Positions 32,472 through 43,699 of a stretch of DNA of 64,000 nucleotides are shown here, in pieces; within the stretch, counting starts at the first letter, position 1; each line of letters starts with the position of its first letter. The stretch lies in NCBI RefSeq assembly GCF_055900595.2, contig NZ_CM148325.1; one strand, given 5' to 3'. A program made the translations under genes and the position numbers. The notes beneath the pieces were generated by a model, which worked only from the letters and a program-made list of their open reading frames with translations, was not told where the DNA came from and searched no databases.

Positions 32472-33411
32472 ACTGAAGCGCCGGTTCCACATCTACCGCC
32501 AGCCAGGTCGGTCCGTCAAGATCGGCGAAACTGACCTGCGGCACCAGCGGTAAAGCGGCGCTAATGGCACGAGAGGTACACAACATGCAGCCCAGCATCA
32601 GACTAAAACCTTGTGCACGTGCTTCAGTCGCCAGCGCCAGCGCTTCCGTCAGGCCACCCGTTTTATCGAGCTTAATGTTAACCATCTCATAGCGCCCTTT
32701 CAGCGCCTTCAGATTGCTACGAGTATGACAACTTTCATCAGCACAAATCGGTAACGGATGAATAAAATTCTCCAGCGCCGCATCGTCCTGCGCAGGAAGC
32801 GGTTGTTCAAGCATCGCAACGCCTAAATCCGCCAACAGCTGGCAACGCGCCGCCAACCCTTCTGCACGCCAGGATTCATTTGCATCAACGATCAACGTCG
32901 CATCGGGCACAGCCGTGCGAATTGCCACCATCCGCTCACTAATAAGATGGTTATCCAGCTTCACTTTCAGTAATTTCGCGCCTGCCTGCCAGAGTGTTGA
33001 TGCACTATTGGCCATCTGATCAGGCGTACCGATGACTACCGTCTGGGCAGTGGTGACTGTCTCGGGAAGCGTTATGCCGATCAAATCAGCCAGCGATTGC
33101 TGCTGTTTTCGCGCCGCCAGATCCCACAATGCACAATCCAGCGCATTACGTGCTGCGCCGGCAGGGAGAATTTTTTGCAACTCCTCCCGTGTCAGCCCTT
33201 TCTCTAATTGCGGCACGACGCTCATAATTTGCGCCATTACCGAGGCATCACTTTCTCCATAACGCGGATACGGCGTGCATTCACCGGTGCCTTTAATACC
33301 TTCTTCTTCCAGTTCAACCACCACCACGCGCGCTTCACTACGACTTCCCCGAGCAATCACAAACGGGGTATGTAAGGGCCAGGCTTCCTCAAATACCTTA
33401 ACGGTTCTCAT
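32446..33411 (-). CDS. ycjG: L-Ala-D/L-Glu epimerase
   Basis: Track ORF 32446..33453; start moved to MRTVKVFEEAW (321 aa); enolase superfamily; 3' end overlaps mpaA convergently. Confidence 0.9.
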   Translation of the reverse strand: MRTVKVFEEAWPLHTPFVIARGSRSEARVVVVELEEEGIKGTGECTPYPRYGESDASVMAQIMSVVPQLEKGLTREELQKILPAGAARNALDCALWDLAARKQQQSLADLIGITLPETVTTAQTVVIGTPDQMANSASTLWQAGAKLLKVKLDNHLISERMVAIRTAVPDATLIVDANESWRAEGLAARCQLLADLGVAMLEQPLPAQDDAALENFIHPLPICADESCHTRSNLKALKGRYEMVNIKLDKTGGLTEALALATEARAQGFSLMLGCMLCTSRAISAALPLVPQVSFADLDGPTWLAVDVEPALQFTTGELHL

Positions 33412-33529
33412 CTTTACTCCTTGTTGTCGCGGTGGTCTGCGGATTAAGCGCAAATAGCGTTTGCTGTGTTATTGACAGTTAGCATAAACTAGGTGTGACG
33501 TTAACTATATGTAAACAGGAAAGATAATC

Positions 33530-34033
33530 ATGTCACAAACCGTTCATTTCCAGGGCAACCCGGTTACAGTCGCCAATTCCATCCCGCTGGCGGGTAGCAA
33601 AGCGCAGACTTTTACTCTCGTGGCAAAAGATCTGTCTGACGTCACCCTCGGTCAGTTTGCGGGTAAACGCAAAGTGCTGAACATTTTCCCGAGTATTGAT
33701 ACCGGTGTTTGCGCCGCATCAGTACGTAAGTTTAACCAACTGGCAACCGAGATCGACAACACCGTTGTGCTGTGTATCTCTGCCGATCTGCCGTTCGCCC
33801 AGTCTCGTTTCTGCGGCGCAGAAGGTCTGAACAACGTTATCACCCTCTCCACTTTCCGTAACGCTGAATTCCTGCAAGCCTACGGTGTGGCAATTGCTGA
33901 TGGCCCACTGAAAGGTCTGGCAGCGCGTGCCGTTGTGGTTATTGATGAAAATGACAATGTGATTTTCAGCCAGCTGGTGGATGAAATCACCACCGAGCCG
34001 GATTACGAAGCAGCTCTGGCTGTACTGCGCTAA
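33530..34033 (+). CDS. tpx: Thiol peroxidase Tpx
   Basis: 167-aa ORF with peroxidatic Cys context ([10 protein letters not shown]). Confidence 0.95.
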   Translation: MSQTVHFQGNPVTVANSIPLAGSKAQTFTLVAKDLSDVTLGQFAGKRKVLNIFPSIDTGVCAASVRKFNQLATEIDNTVVLCISADLPFAQSRFCGAEGLNNVITLSTFRNAEFLQAYGVAIADGPLKGLAARAVVVIDENDNVIFSQLVDEITTEPDYEAALAVLR

Positions 34034-34040
34034 ACAACTG

Positions 34041-34080
34041 TGCCGTTCACTGAATCACCACCGGTGAACGGCAGTTTTTT
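34041..34080 (+). terminator. Intrinsic terminator after tpx
   Basis: Hairpin TGCCGTTCAC-N13-GTGAACGGCA followed by TTTTTT. Confidence 0.6.
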
Positions 34081-34178
34081 GATCTACCAGTCCCACTATT
34101 TTCCAGAGTTCCTGCCACTATTCCCCCTAACCGTTGTGCATTAAGATTGCTCTTTGCCATTATTGGCCCAGCGGAGTG

Positions 34179-36230
34179 ATGACTATTATGGATGATAAAC
34201 AAATTACGGTCTGGCTTAAACACAATTGCTGTTCAACGGACATTCCTGCCATTGCCGAGGCACTAACGAACCATGCAGAATGGCTTTTAGAGCTAGCGCC
34301 AGATCCTATTGAACAAGGTAGTTCATGTTTACCGCCGACAGCTGCAGCCGGTATTTTTCTTGGCGCAGCGGCGATGGTTCACTGCGGCGAGGCTAGTGGT
34401 GCAGAAACCTGGCTCGAAGCAGCCATTACTGATTACCATTTCCTTAATCCAAATGGATATAGTTCATGGAGAGGCAGTACGCCTGTTTTTACAGCAATAT
34501 CGCGTTACCCGGCATTAAGAATGGTGTTATTTAACGCCGCTTGCGCAATGGAAGACTGGAATAAAGCATCCGCTGTTCTTGAATCGCTTTTCCATGCCAG
34601 CGATGTCCCGGAAGATAACCCTGTCGCCCCAAATTTTACCCCTTATGCGCTGAAAGCGTTTATCGCGGATTACCACCCGTTAGGGCCTGCTTATTATGAT
34701 GAAACCTGGTTGCTGGCAAAACAAGCGTGGTTAATTAATGCGGGCGTTCTGGATGAGCGAACCTGCAATACCTGGAAGCAATATACCCGCCACTTGCGCC
34801 ATTTGATCCACAATGCACAGTTTGCCGATGCGCTCTCTTTTGTACGCAGTAAAATAGAACCGTTAAATCATATCCATACCTACTCAGACTTTTATCTGTA
34901 TGCGATTGGTTTATTTTCTTATACTAGTCAGCTAAATGAAGCGCTGACCTGGATAAAACAGTTAATCCACAACAATGATGGTCATTTCTGTGATCTTTTC
35001 GTTTCAACTGGCAAAGAGCGCCGAATAAAGCCTGAACTTAGTACCTTGCTGAATAATCTCTTGCACAGCGCAGAGTTTCAGGCGTTGCAGGATAAATATC
35101 TCACCGTCGGACATGATGTTGTGCATTCTGGTCCCTTCATGTCAGTTTATGAAAAGGTTCTTGGCGGAAAGTCCCGAAAGCGCTGCGCGATTAGTCGAAA
35201 ATTAATCTCGCCCGGCGAAGCGGTTTATGAATATCGTCATTTGGATAGTGTGGAATATATTGCAGCGAAAGCGGCCTTTCAGACATCTGAGCTAAATAAT
35301 ATCGCCCACCGGCATCATAATGATAGTTATCAGTGGCATGAATTTGCCGCCCAATGGCCTCGTCGGGGTTCACTTTCTCACCCAGATATTGCCCGTTATT
35401 TGTTTGAGCGCCAGGAAGGAAAATGCTTTGATGCCGCAGAGTTTATACAACTGATTGCGGAACCGTTTGTCTTTCCGATGCGTTTCATATGGGTTGCCGG
35501 GTTGTCCTTTGAATTACATCAGTATCCGGATGCCTATTTCGTAAATGACAATATGGCGGGTGAATTTGTTAATCTCTGCTGGATGGCTATGAAATGCGGA
35601 CATGCTGGCGACATTTTCAAACAACTGGCCCACGAGCCGCATGACGTTGCTGACCCTATTTACGCCATGCTCGCCACGTTTGACCGCGCTGATTGCCGTA
35701 GCGCGGCCGCCGCGCACTTTGGACAACCGGAACTACCGGAAATAATGGCACTGGCTTTCAGTTCGAGGTTATCGCTCGACAGCGTCCTTACCATCGCTGA
35801 GTTTGGTAAAAATCAGCCGCGATTTTCACATGCGCTAGCAACGGCCCTCCTGCGTTACAACCTGCACATCTACTCAAACTATATGCCGCAGGTTAATTGG
35901 TACCTTCAGGGGCTGGAACACTATGCTTTGGCAAAAGGCGGTCAACTTTTAAATTTCTTTGTGCATATTCCAGAACAAATTCCCGTTCTGGCGACCATGC
36001 TGGAACATGGCGTATTAGTGCGTGGGATCGGTGAAGGTGCCTATGATGGTTATGATAATTCAGCAAATTCATTTCATCATGCCGTCGTGATGCACTGCCT
36101 CGCGCACGCGCCGGAAAAAGTCCGCTACTGGATGGAAACACCCTGGATTCAGAACTATTTAGTGAATGCGCCGCTGCGTCAAACGGCGCGCCATGTGGAA
36201 GCCTGGCATAAAAAGTTTGGCATCAAATGA
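34179..36230 (+). CDS. Hypothetical protein (~683 aa), function unknown; not present between tpx and tyrR in K-12 as I recall
   Basis: Track ORF 34134..36230 (opens with TTG); likely start ATG 34179 or 34188 downstream of GGAG (34174..34177). No signal peptide, TM segment or Walker A motif seen; Trp/Tyr/His-rich, apparently helical. Sits between tpx terminator and a GC hairpin (36239..36259) shared with the tyrR 3' end. Confidence 0.6.
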   Translation: MTIMDDKQITVWLKHNCCSTDIPAIAEALTNHAEWLLELAPDPIEQGSSCLPPTAAAGIFLGAAAMVHCGEASGAETWLEAAITDYHFLNPNGYSSWRGSTPVFTAISRYPALRMVLFNAACAMEDWNKASAVLESLFHASDVPEDNPVAPNFTPYALKAFIADYHPLGPAYYDETWLLAKQAWLINAGVLDERTCNTWKQYTRHLRHLIHNAQFADALSFVRSKIEPLNHIHTYSDFYLYAIGLFSYTSQLNEALTWIKQLIHNNDGHFCDLFVSTGKERRIKPELSTLLNNLLHSAEFQALQDKYLTVGHDVVHSGPFMSVYEKVLGGKSRKRCAISRKLISPGEAVYEYRHLDSVEYIAAKAAFQTSELNNIAHRHHNDSYQWHEFAAQWPRRGSLSHPDIARYLFERQEGKCFDAAEFIQLIAEPFVFPMRFIWVAGLSFELHQYPDAYFVNDNMAGEFVNLCWMAMKCGHAGDIFKQLAHEPHDVADPIYAMLATFDRADCRSAAAAHFGQPELPEIMALAFSSRLSLDSVLTIAEFGKNQPRFSHALATALLRYNLHIYSNYMPQVNWYLQGLEHYALAKGGQLLNFFVHIPEQIPVLATMLEHGVLVRGIGEGAYDGYDNSANSFHHAVVMHCLAHAPEKVRYWMETPWIQNYLVNAPLRQTARHVEAWHKKFGIK

Positions 36231-36267
36231 ACGTTGCCGCTGCGCCTTAACGGCGCAGCCAGCACAA

Positions 36268-37809
36268 TCACTCTTCGCTTTTCTTCTGGTTTAAGCCATA
36301 TTCCCGCAACTTATTGGCAATCGCGGTATGCGAAACACCGAGACGTTTTGCCAGTTTGCGTGTGCTGGGATAATTGCGATAAAGCTGGGTTAATACCGAG
36401 CGTTCAAAACGGCTGGTGATTTCGTCCAGCGAACCTTCCATCGCATCTTCGCCCACGGCTACCGTTGCGGCGTCATAATCCGGTAACAAAATATCCTGTG
36501 GACGCAGCTCATAGCCGTCCAGTTGTGTCAGTGCGCGATAGATAGCGTTCTTTAACTGCCGCACATTTCCCGGCCACGCATAACGCGTAAGTACAGTATT
36601 CAGGTCAGCGGCCAGTTTCGGACGCGGCACGCCCTGCTCGTCGGCAAAGCGGGCGACGAACAGCTCGGTTAACGGCATGATGTCCTGCGGACAATCACGT
36701 AGCGGCGGCAGATTGAGCGTCAACACGTTCAGACGATAATAGAGATCTTCACGGAACACGCCTTTTTGCACCAGTTCGACCAAATTCTTCTGCGTAGCGC
36801 AAATAACCCTTACATCGACATGCACTTCATGATCTTCACCAACTCGACGGAAAGTACCATCATTAAGGAAACGCAGTAATTTCGCCTGCATCCGTGGTGA
36901 CATCTCACCTATTTCATCCAGCAGCACCGAACCACCGTTCGCCTGCTCAAAGAATCCTTTCTTCCCTTCCGGAGCATGACCAAAGAGCTCACTCTCGACC
37001 GCATCTTCCGGTATAGACGCACAGTTCAGCGCCAGGTAAGGTTTGCTCGCTCTGGGGCTTGCCTGATGGCAGGCGTAGGCAAAGAGATCTTTACCTGTAC
37101 CGGTGTCACCCGTAATCAGCAACGGCGCGCTTAGCATCGCCAGTTTCTGCGCCTGTTCGACAACATGCTTCATTTTCGGGCTGACGGCGACAATTTGACT
37201 GAAGGCACTGACGTCCTGTGCAGCGACATTCTGCAACTGACGGCCCATACGAATCGTCGAGCGCAACATCACCACCGCACCGGTCAGAACGTGTTGATCA
37301 TTTTCATCCTGAAGATAAACAGGCGTAATCTCCATCAGGAAATTCTGCCCATTAATAACGACATGCTCGTTATGCGAGTCTTGCGGTTCGCTTTCCAGCC
37401 AGCGTAAAAAATTAAAGCCGTTAATTAATTGCGCGGCGGTATGGTTGCGCAGGCGATCCAATTTTTGCCCAAAAAGCTGACAGCTCGCCGGGTTCGCCAT
37501 ATCCACTTTGCTTTTCATATCAACAGAAAGCACAGGTTCAGGCAACGCCTCCAGTAACGCGCTCAACGCCAGATGCTCACGTTCGGAAGGCATCCACGGG
37601 ACAGTACGCACATCGGTAACACCTGCAATACGGCGTATTTCGGCCATCAGACTGCTGAAGCTCTCAAACTCCAGTTCAGCAAAATTGAGGTAGATTCGCC
37701 CAATGGGGTCAATCTCAATACCGCGTAAATCAATGCCTCTTAGCACGAGTAGATCGAGTAATTCGCGGGTCAGACCGAGTCGGTCTTCACAAAAGACTTC
37801 CAGACGCAT
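36268..37809 (-). CDS. tyrR: Transcriptional regulator TyrR (sigma54-type AAA+ domain, HTH)
   Basis: Track ORF 36268..37836; start moved to MRLEVFCEDRLGLTREL (513 aa); Walker A GDTGTGKD. Confidence 0.95.
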   Translation of the reverse strand: MRLEVFCEDRLGLTRELLDLLVLRGIDLRGIEIDPIGRIYLNFAELEFESFSSLMAEIRRIAGVTDVRTVPWMPSEREHLALSALLEALPEPVLSVDMKSKVDMANPASCQLFGQKLDRLRNHTAAQLINGFNFLRWLESEPQDSHNEHVVINGQNFLMEITPVYLQDENDQHVLTGAVVMLRSTIRMGRQLQNVAAQDVSAFSQIVAVSPKMKHVVEQAQKLAMLSAPLLITGDTGTGKDLFAYACHQASPRASKPYLALNCASIPEDAVESELFGHAPEGKKGFFEQANGGSVLLDEIGEMSPRMQAKLLRFLNDGTFRRVGEDHEVHVDVRVICATQKNLVELVQKGVFREDLYYRLNVLTLNLPPLRDCPQDIMPLTELFVARFADEQGVPRPKLAADLNTVLTRYAWPGNVRQLKNAIYRALTQLDGYELRPQDILLPDYDAATVAVGEDAMEGSLDEITSRFERSVLTQLYRNYPSTRKLAKRLGVSHTAIANKLREYGLNQKKSEE

Positions 37810-37879
37810 GGGAACCTTCACCTGAAAAAAGAACAATTAATATGATGATATGACACTATTTGGATAGCAGGAAGGTTTC

Positions 37880-37897
37880 TGTCAACAATAATTGACA
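37880..37897. promoter_or_regulatory. Putative TyrR box upstream of tyrR (autoregulation)
   Basis: Palindrome TGTCAA-caataa-TTGACA resembling TGTAAA-N6-TTTACA, with the symmetric G and C 14 bp apart; 71 to 88 nt upstream of the tyrR ATG. Confidence 0.45.
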
Positions 37898-37956
37898 CAA
37901 AGACGGAAAAACGGGCACTTCGGCGTAAAGATATCCGGTCAGCACCCGATATTGCA

Positions 37957-39018
37957 TTATTTTTCGGCAGGAGTTTTGCCTTTTTGCAGCGTCTCTTTCA
38001 CCTGACCAATAAGCTGGCGACGGAAATCCCCGAGGCGAGGTTTGTCATCGTCAATCCACGGCAGCGGGCGGCAAAGCTCCATAGCTTTAATCCCCAGTCG
38101 TGCCGTCAGAAGTCCAGCACCAATCCCCTGAGCTGCGCGGGTAGACAAACGCGCAGCGAGATCTTGCGACATCCAGTCCATCCCCACTTCGCGCACCAGT
38201 TCGCTGGCTCCGGCAAAAGCGATATTCAGCAATACCAGCTTAAACAGGCGCAAACGGCTGTAATATCCCAGTTCAATGCCATACAACGTGGCGATGCGAT
38301 TAATCAAACGCAGATTGCGCCAGGCGATAAATGCCATATCCACCAGCGCCAGTGGGCTAACGGCAATCATTAACGTTGATTCCGCCGCTGAGCGACTGAT
38401 TTCGCGCCGCGCCTGAGCATCTAAAACCGGCTGGACCAGATGAGCATACAGGCTGACCACTTCACGATCGTTCTGCGTTTCATGGATTGACGCATACCAG
38501 CGTTGCAGCGCCGGATGGGACTGATCAATACCCGCCTGCTGCGCCAGTTTTTCACAAAATGCGCGGCCTTTGCCCGTGCCGTGGCTGTGCAATAAATCAC
38601 GCGCTTCGTCGCGTTCATGGGCGCGCTGTCGCAAGCGCCATAAGCGCCGCCACTCTGTTACCACAGAACCGACGCCAGCGCCGATAATCAATGCCCCAGC
38701 GGCACATCCACCCAGCGCTACCCAATCCTGAGTTTGCCAGGCATTCATCGTCCACTGCACGCCCTGTCCGACAACGCTTGCACCAAACAGAGCCAACCCG
38801 CCCATCACCATTTTGCGCCACAGGCTGCGTTTCGGACGTAACGCTGCGTCCATCACCGCTTCAACTTGCCCCTCTTCTTCCTGCGCTTCGTCGAGCGTGG
38901 CCGGGGCAAAATTTTGCGCCTGATTTTCGTCAAAGGTCTGCTGCGCCCTGAATTTTGGATTCTGATCGACCTCCAGCGGACCGTCGAAATCAATACGTGG
39001 TTTTAACGGTTCGGTCAT
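37957..39018 (-). CDS. ycjF: YcjF, inner-membrane protein (UPF0283)
   Basis: 353-aa ORF with central TM helices; translationally coupled to ycjX (4-nt overlap). Confidence 0.85.
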   Translation of the reverse strand: MTEPLKPRIDFDGPLEVDQNPKFRAQQTFDENQAQNFAPATLDEAQEEEGQVEAVMDAALRPKRSLWRKMVMGGLALFGASVVGQGVQWTMNAWQTQDWVALGGCAAGALIIGAGVGSVVTEWRRLWRLRQRAHERDEARDLLHSHGTGKGRAFCEKLAQQAGIDQSHPALQRWYASIHETQNDREVVSLYAHLVQPVLDAQARREISRSAAESTLMIAVSPLALVDMAFIAWRNLRLINRIATLYGIELGYYSRLRLFKLVLLNIAFAGASELVREVGMDWMSQDLAARLSTRAAQGIGAGLLTARLGIKAMELCRPLPWIDDDKPRLGDFRRQLIGQVKETLQKGKTPAEK

Positions 39019-40412
39019 CGCAATTTATCTCCTATTAAAAATTCCAGCGCAGCATCAAGACGAATATGCGGCAGCGGTTTGTCGACATCCATCACCTGCG
39101 GACGAAACGCCTCAAACTGGAAGCCTTGCTTATCCCAGAACGCCTGACCAGGCAAACGTGCGGGAACTTCGCCAGGATAAACAGTGAGCGGTGCGCCATC
39201 ACTGAGTCGATTACCGCGCAGCGCCGGGATTTTCTCACCGTTAACATCAATAATGCCGCTGGTGGTCGCCTGAACTGACGCCAGCCCCAGGCAGTCCATA
39301 CTGATCCCTTCGAACGCCGCATTTTGCCAGGCATCCTGAATCAGTTGTTGCAGTAATGAAACCATATTGGCGTGCTGATCGATGGTCACATGATCCGCTT
39401 TAGTGGCAGCAAACAATAGCTTATCGATAACCGGCGAAAACAAGCGCCGGAACAAGGTACGCTGCCCGTAGTGGAAGCTTTGCATCAGCTGCGTCAGCGC
39501 CAGACGCATATCATTGAATGCTTGTGGTCCACTGTTGAGAGGTTGCAGGCAATCCACCAGCACAATCTGCCGATCAAAGCGCAGAAAATGATTTTTATAG
39601 AACCCCTTCACCACTTTCTCGCAGTAATAATTAAATCGTTCGCGCAGCATTCCGGCATTGGTGTGCTTGTCGGCCTGTGCAAGTTTTGATTCGCCCCAGG
39701 CATCGACATCCGGCCACGGGAAGAATTGCAACGCGGGCGCACCTGCCATATACCCCGGCAAGACAAAACGCCCAGGCTGAATAAAGTGCAGCCCCTGCTG
39801 TTTACAGTGGTGGAGATAATCGGTCCATGCGGCAGCAATGTCTGCAAGACGGTTTTCGTCGGCAGGTGCTAGTGGGTCCAGCCCTTCGCACATCATTCGC
39901 CATTTTGCCGACCATTCGCCGCGCTGACCATTGAGTAAGCCCGTCATCTGGCGCGACCAGCTTAAATAGTCCTGCGCCAACATCGGCAAGTCGAGTAACC
40001 ATTCGCCGGGATAATCCACTATCTCCAGATACAACGTGGAAGTGTCTTTGAAGTGACGCAACAGCGAATCGTTCGATTTATAGCGTAGCGCCAGGCGAAT
40101 CTCACTGACGCCGCGTGTTGGGGTCGGCCAGGCGGGAGGATCGCCATATAACTGCGCCAGCCCTTCATCGTAGGTGAAGCGTGGAATGCCAAAGTCACGC
40201 TGGGGAATGCGTTTTACGCCCAGCAGGCGCTCTTCACGCACCGCACTTAATAGCGGCAAGCGTGCTCCGGCATGAATATTGAGCAACTGATTGACCATCG
40301 CAGTGATAAACGCGGTTTTGCCGCTGCGGCTAAGTCCGGTTACAGCGAGGCGCAGATGTCTGTCGACACCCCGATTCACCAGCGCATTAAGTTCATTTTT
40401 AAGTCGCTTCAT
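39015..40412 (-). CDS. ycjX: YcjX, P-loop NTPase
   Basis: Track ORF 39015..40499; start moved to [12 protein letters not shown] (465 aa); Walker A GLSRSGKT. Confidence 0.85.
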   Translation of the reverse strand: MKRLKNELNALVNRGVDRHLRLAVTGLSRSGKTAFITAMVNQLLNIHAGARLPLLSAVREERLLGVKRIPQRDFGIPRFTYDEGLAQLYGDPPAWPTPTRGVSEIRLALRYKSNDSLLRHFKDTSTLYLEIVDYPGEWLLDLPMLAQDYLSWSRQMTGLLNGQRGEWSAKWRMMCEGLDPLAPADENRLADIAAAWTDYLHHCKQQGLHFIQPGRFVLPGYMAGAPALQFFPWPDVDAWGESKLAQADKHTNAGMLRERFNYYCEKVVKGFYKNHFLRFDRQIVLVDCLQPLNSGPQAFNDMRLALTQLMQSFHYGQRTLFRRLFSPVIDKLLFAATKADHVTIDQHANMVSLLQQLIQDAWQNAAFEGISMDCLGLASVQATTSGIIDVNGEKIPALRGNRLSDGAPLTVYPGEVPARLPGQAFWDKQGFQFEAFRPQVMDVDKPLPHIRLDAALEFLIGDKLR

Positions 40413-40556
40413 TGCTGTCCTGTGGACCAGAAAAAAATCATTCGTAAGGATATGAATGTGGGGGCCATGCCCTTGATTATCAACTGCCCGTGTTGTCATC
40501 TTGAGGCGAACTCCATAAGATGTGCAGCATTCACGTTCGGACGGAGTTCCTGACCT

Positions 40557-41555
40557 ATGTCCCCTACTATTTATGATATTGCCAGGGTTGCCGGCGTATC
40601 AAAATCCACCGTATCACGCGTGCTGAATAAGCAAACCAATATCTCCCCGGAAGCGCGCGAAAAAGTGTTACGGGCCATTGAAGAATTACAGTATCAGCCA
40701 AATAAACTGGCCCGCGCGCTGACCTCTTCGGGCTTTGATGCCATTATGGTGATTTCTACCCGCTCGACCAAAACTACGGCGGGTAACCCGTTTTTCTCCG
40801 AAGTTTTGCATGCCATTACCGCCAAAGCGGAAGATGAGGGTTTCGACGTGATATTGCAGACGTCGCACAACCCAGCTGAAGACTTACAAAAATGTGAAAG
40901 CAAAATTAAGCAGAAAATGATTAAAGGCATTATTATGCTAAGTTCGCCAGCAGATGAGTCTTTTTTCGCCCAACTCGATAAATACGATATTCCGGTGGTA
41001 GTAATTGGCAAAGTTGAAGGTGAATATGCCCATGTTTATTCTGTCGATACCGATAATTTTGGCGACAGTATTGCGCTGACCGATGCATTAATTGAAAGTG
41101 GACATAAAAATATTGCCTGCCTACATGCTCCGCTTGATGTCCATGTTTCGGTTGACCGCGTTAATGGTTATAAGCAAAGTCTGGAAGATCATAATATTGC
41201 AGTGCGCAATGAGTGGATCGTTGACGGCGGTTATACCCATGAGACAGCACTGCAAGCCGCGCGGGAATTATTAAGCCAGTCACCGTTGCCTGAGGCAGTG
41301 TTTGCTACTGACAGCCTGAAATTAATGAGCATTTATCGTGCGGCGGCAGAGAAAAACATTGCTATTCCGCAGCAGTTAGCGGTGGTGGGTTATAGTAATG
41401 AAACGCTGTCGTTTATATTAACGCCTGCACCGGGCGGCATCGATGTTCCGACGCAGGAGTTAGGTCAACAAAGCTGCGAGTTATTATTCCGCTTAATTGC
41501 CGGAAAACCGTCACCACAAAATATTACCGTTGCCACGCATATGTCGTTGAAATAA
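40557..41555 (+). CDS. ycjW: LacI-family regulator YcjW
   Basis: 332-aa ORF with N-terminal HTH ([21 protein letters not shown]). Confidence 0.9.
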   Translation: MSPTIYDIARVAGVSKSTVSRVLNKQTNISPEAREKVLRAIEELQYQPNKLARALTSSGFDAIMVISTRSTKTTAGNPFFSEVLHAITAKAEDEGFDVILQTSHNPAEDLQKCESKIKQKMIKGIIMLSSPADESFFAQLDKYDIPVVVIGKVEGEYAHVYSVDTDNFGDSIALTDALIESGHKNIACLHAPLDVHVSVDRVNGYKQSLEDHNIAVRNEWIVDGGYTHETALQAARELLSQSPLPEAVFATDSLKLMSIYRAAAEKNIAIPQQLAVVGYSNETLSFILTPAPGGIDVPTQELGQQSCELLFRLIAGKPSPQNITVATHMSLK

Positions 41556-41569
41556 ATGCCAGCTACGTT

Positions 41570-41653
41570 GCCTGAATGCCGGATGCGATGCTGGCGCATC
41601 TTATCCGGCCTACATTTATAAACCGGATAAAGTACTCGCGCCGCATCCGGCAA
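41570..41653. repeat. REP/BIME element (two REP units)
   Basis: GCCGGATGCGATGCTGGCGCATCTTATCCGGCCTAC and CCGGATAAAGTACTCGCGCCGCATCCGGC between ycjW and ompG. Confidence 0.6.
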
Positions 41654-41665
41654 TTTAGCACATTA

Positions 41666-42571
41666 TCAGAACGCGTAATTCACACCGACACCTGCATAAT
41701 GGAATTTATCGCTGTCGCCTTCATCGTGATCCTGCCACTCAAACGCGTATTCCAGCGAAACGGAAAGACCATTCTGGAAATCATAACCGTAAAACAAACC
41801 AAGACGGTTAAAATCATGGCCTTCACGTTCGATATCATCCTGCCAGTCCCAGTTACTCCAGCGATCCAACCCAATGCGCGTATACGGTGTTACCGAGTGA
41901 TTGCCGAGCGTCAGCGGTAAATAGGCGCGAATTTCTTGCGTGGAGAATTCACCGTTATTGCGGCTGTCGTCCATATTGAAGCCGCGCTCGAGATAATAGT
42001 TCACTCGCAAGGCAACCGTTTCGTTGAAGGTATATTGCAGACCCGTTTCCGTTTCGACACGGGTATCAGCATAACCGGTTGTATTCAGATCGTTGGCAAA
42101 TTTATACATCGACAGCCATCCGTTGAAACGTAAATCGTCAGTCAGTTTCACATCCCAGTCTGGCGCGATTTTCCAGCGCTGCATATTTGCCGTGTCTTTA
42201 CCCGGTTCATCAACATAGTGATAACCATAGTTACGGAAACCACCGGTCAGGCCGAAACTGAAATCATCGCTTTCGAGAAACTGATAATGCACTTCGAGTT
42301 CCGGGCGATCAAACCAGTTTCCACGTTTACCCGCGCTATAATCTACCGGCCCTTCCTGGTAATAAGCCAGCGATATTCTCCACGGCCCATTGGCAGCATT
42401 AAAATAGACGGAAGGCTCCGCCAGCCCGTCCATATCTTCGCCATAACCCTCGACGTTTTCTATTTCGTACATCGCGCCGATATTAAAGTGCCAGTCGTTT
42501 TTTTCCTCAGCCTGTGCGCAGGCCATTCCCGCACACATCACCAGTGCGGTACAGGGTAATAACTTTTTCAT
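41666..42571 (-). CDS. ompG: Outer membrane porin OmpG
   Basis: 301-aa ORF with signal peptide and C-terminal aromatic residue (…VNYAF). Confidence 0.9.
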   Translation of the reverse strand: MKKLLPCTALVMCAGMACAQAEEKNDWHFNIGAMYEIENVEGYGEDMDGLAEPSVYFNAANGPWRISLAYYQEGPVDYSAGKRGNWFDRPELEVHYQFLESDDFSFGLTGGFRNYGYHYVDEPGKDTANMQRWKIAPDWDVKLTDDLRFNGWLSMYKFANDLNTTGYADTRVETETGLQYTFNETVALRVNYYLERGFNMDDSRNNGEFSTQEIRAYLPLTLGNHSVTPYTRIGLDRWSNWDWQDDIEREGHDFNRLGLFYGYDFQNGLSVSLEYAFEWQDHDEGDSDKFHYAGVGVNYAF

Positions 42572-42616
42572 TATTGTTCCTTGTATTATCCTGGGGGAAT
42601 GCCTTCCCCCCTGTAT

Positions 42617-43699
42617 TTAGCGAATTGCTATTTCCGTTTCTGCATCAAAGAAATGACATTTGGTCATATCAAAATGAATAGTGATATTTTCTCCTGCATG
42701 ATAATCATTTAACGCACCAGCACGGACCACTAACTCGTGCCCCCCAACCGTGGTGTAGAGCATAAATTCCGCACCGGTTAATTCTGCCACGCTAATTTTG
42801 GCGGAAATGTTATTTTCCTCTTGCGCATCCGGATGAATATCTTCCGGGCGTATTCCCATCACGATGGGCTTATGCAAGCTTTCCTGCGTTTTCAGAACCG
42901 CTAATTTATCTTCGGGAATGGTTAATTTAAGCGTTTCCGTAACGAATTTATCGCCATCGATCGTGCCGCGAATAAAATTCATTGCTGGTGACCCAATAAA
43001 GCCGGCAACAAACATATTCGCCGGTTGGTTATAGACCGTTTTCGGCGCACCGACCTGCTGAACAATCCCATCCTTCATAATGACAATCCGCGTCGCCATG
43101 GTCATCGCTTCGGTCTGATCGTGGGTCACGTAGATCATGGTGGTGTTCAGTTTCTGATGCAGCTTGCTGATTTCCGCGCGCATTTGTACGCGCAGCTTGG
43201 CATCCAGGTTAGAGAGCGGTTCATCCATTAAAAACACGCCCGCTTCGCGCACAATCGCCCGTCCAAGCGCCACACGCTGGCGTTGCCCGCCGGAAAGCGC
43301 ACCCGGCTTGCGTTTCAGGTACTCACGCAGGCCAAGGATTTGCGCCGCCCAGTTAACCCGCTCATCTATCACCTCTTTGGCGATTTTTTGCATCTTCAGG
43401 CCAAACGCCATGTTGTCGTAGACCGTCATATGCGGATACAGCGCGTAGTTCTGGAACACCATCGCAATATTGCGCGCTTTGGCCGGAACGTCGTTCATTC
43501 GTTTGCCGTCGATCAACAGATCGCCGCCGCTAATCTCCTCAAGCCCGGCAATCATACGCAGCGTCGTCGATTTACCACAGCCCGACGGGCCGACAAATAC
43601 AATGAACTCTTTATCGGCAATTTCCAGGTTGAAGTCCTTCACCACATGCACCTGGTTATCGTAGATTTTTTGAATATGTTGTAACGAAAGCTGTGCCAT
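42617..43699 (-). CDS. ycjV: ABC transporter ATP-binding protein YcjV (MalK-like), full length
   Basis: 360-aa ORF with Walker A GPSGCGKST, signature LSGGQ and Walker B FLMDEPLS; intact here, whereas I recall a truncated pseudogene in K-12. Confidence 0.85.
   Translation of the reverse strand: MAQLSLQHIQKIYDNQVHVVKDFNLEIADKEFIVFVGPSGCGKSTTLRMIAGLEEISGGDLLIDGKRMNDVPAKARNIAMVFQNYALYPHMTVYDNMAFGLKMQKIAKEVIDERVNWAAQILGLREYLKRKPGALSGGQRQRVALGRAIVREAGVFLMDEPLSNLDAKLRVQMRAEISKLHQKLNTTMIYVTHDQTEAMTMATRIVIMKDGIVQQVGAPKTVYNQPANMFVAGFIGSPAMNFIRGTIDGDKFVTETLKLTIPEDKLAVLKTQESLHKPIVMGIRPEDIHPDAQEENNISAKISVAELTGAEFMLYTTVGGHELVVRAGALNDYHAGENITIHFDMTKCHFFDAETEIAIR

Noticed and set aside
34134-34163. Candidate sigma70 promoter for the unrecognised ORF (TTGTGC, 18 nt, CATTAT)
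   Set aside because: Only 3 of 6 and 4 of 6 matches to consensus, and it would leave a very short leader; too weak to call without transcript data.
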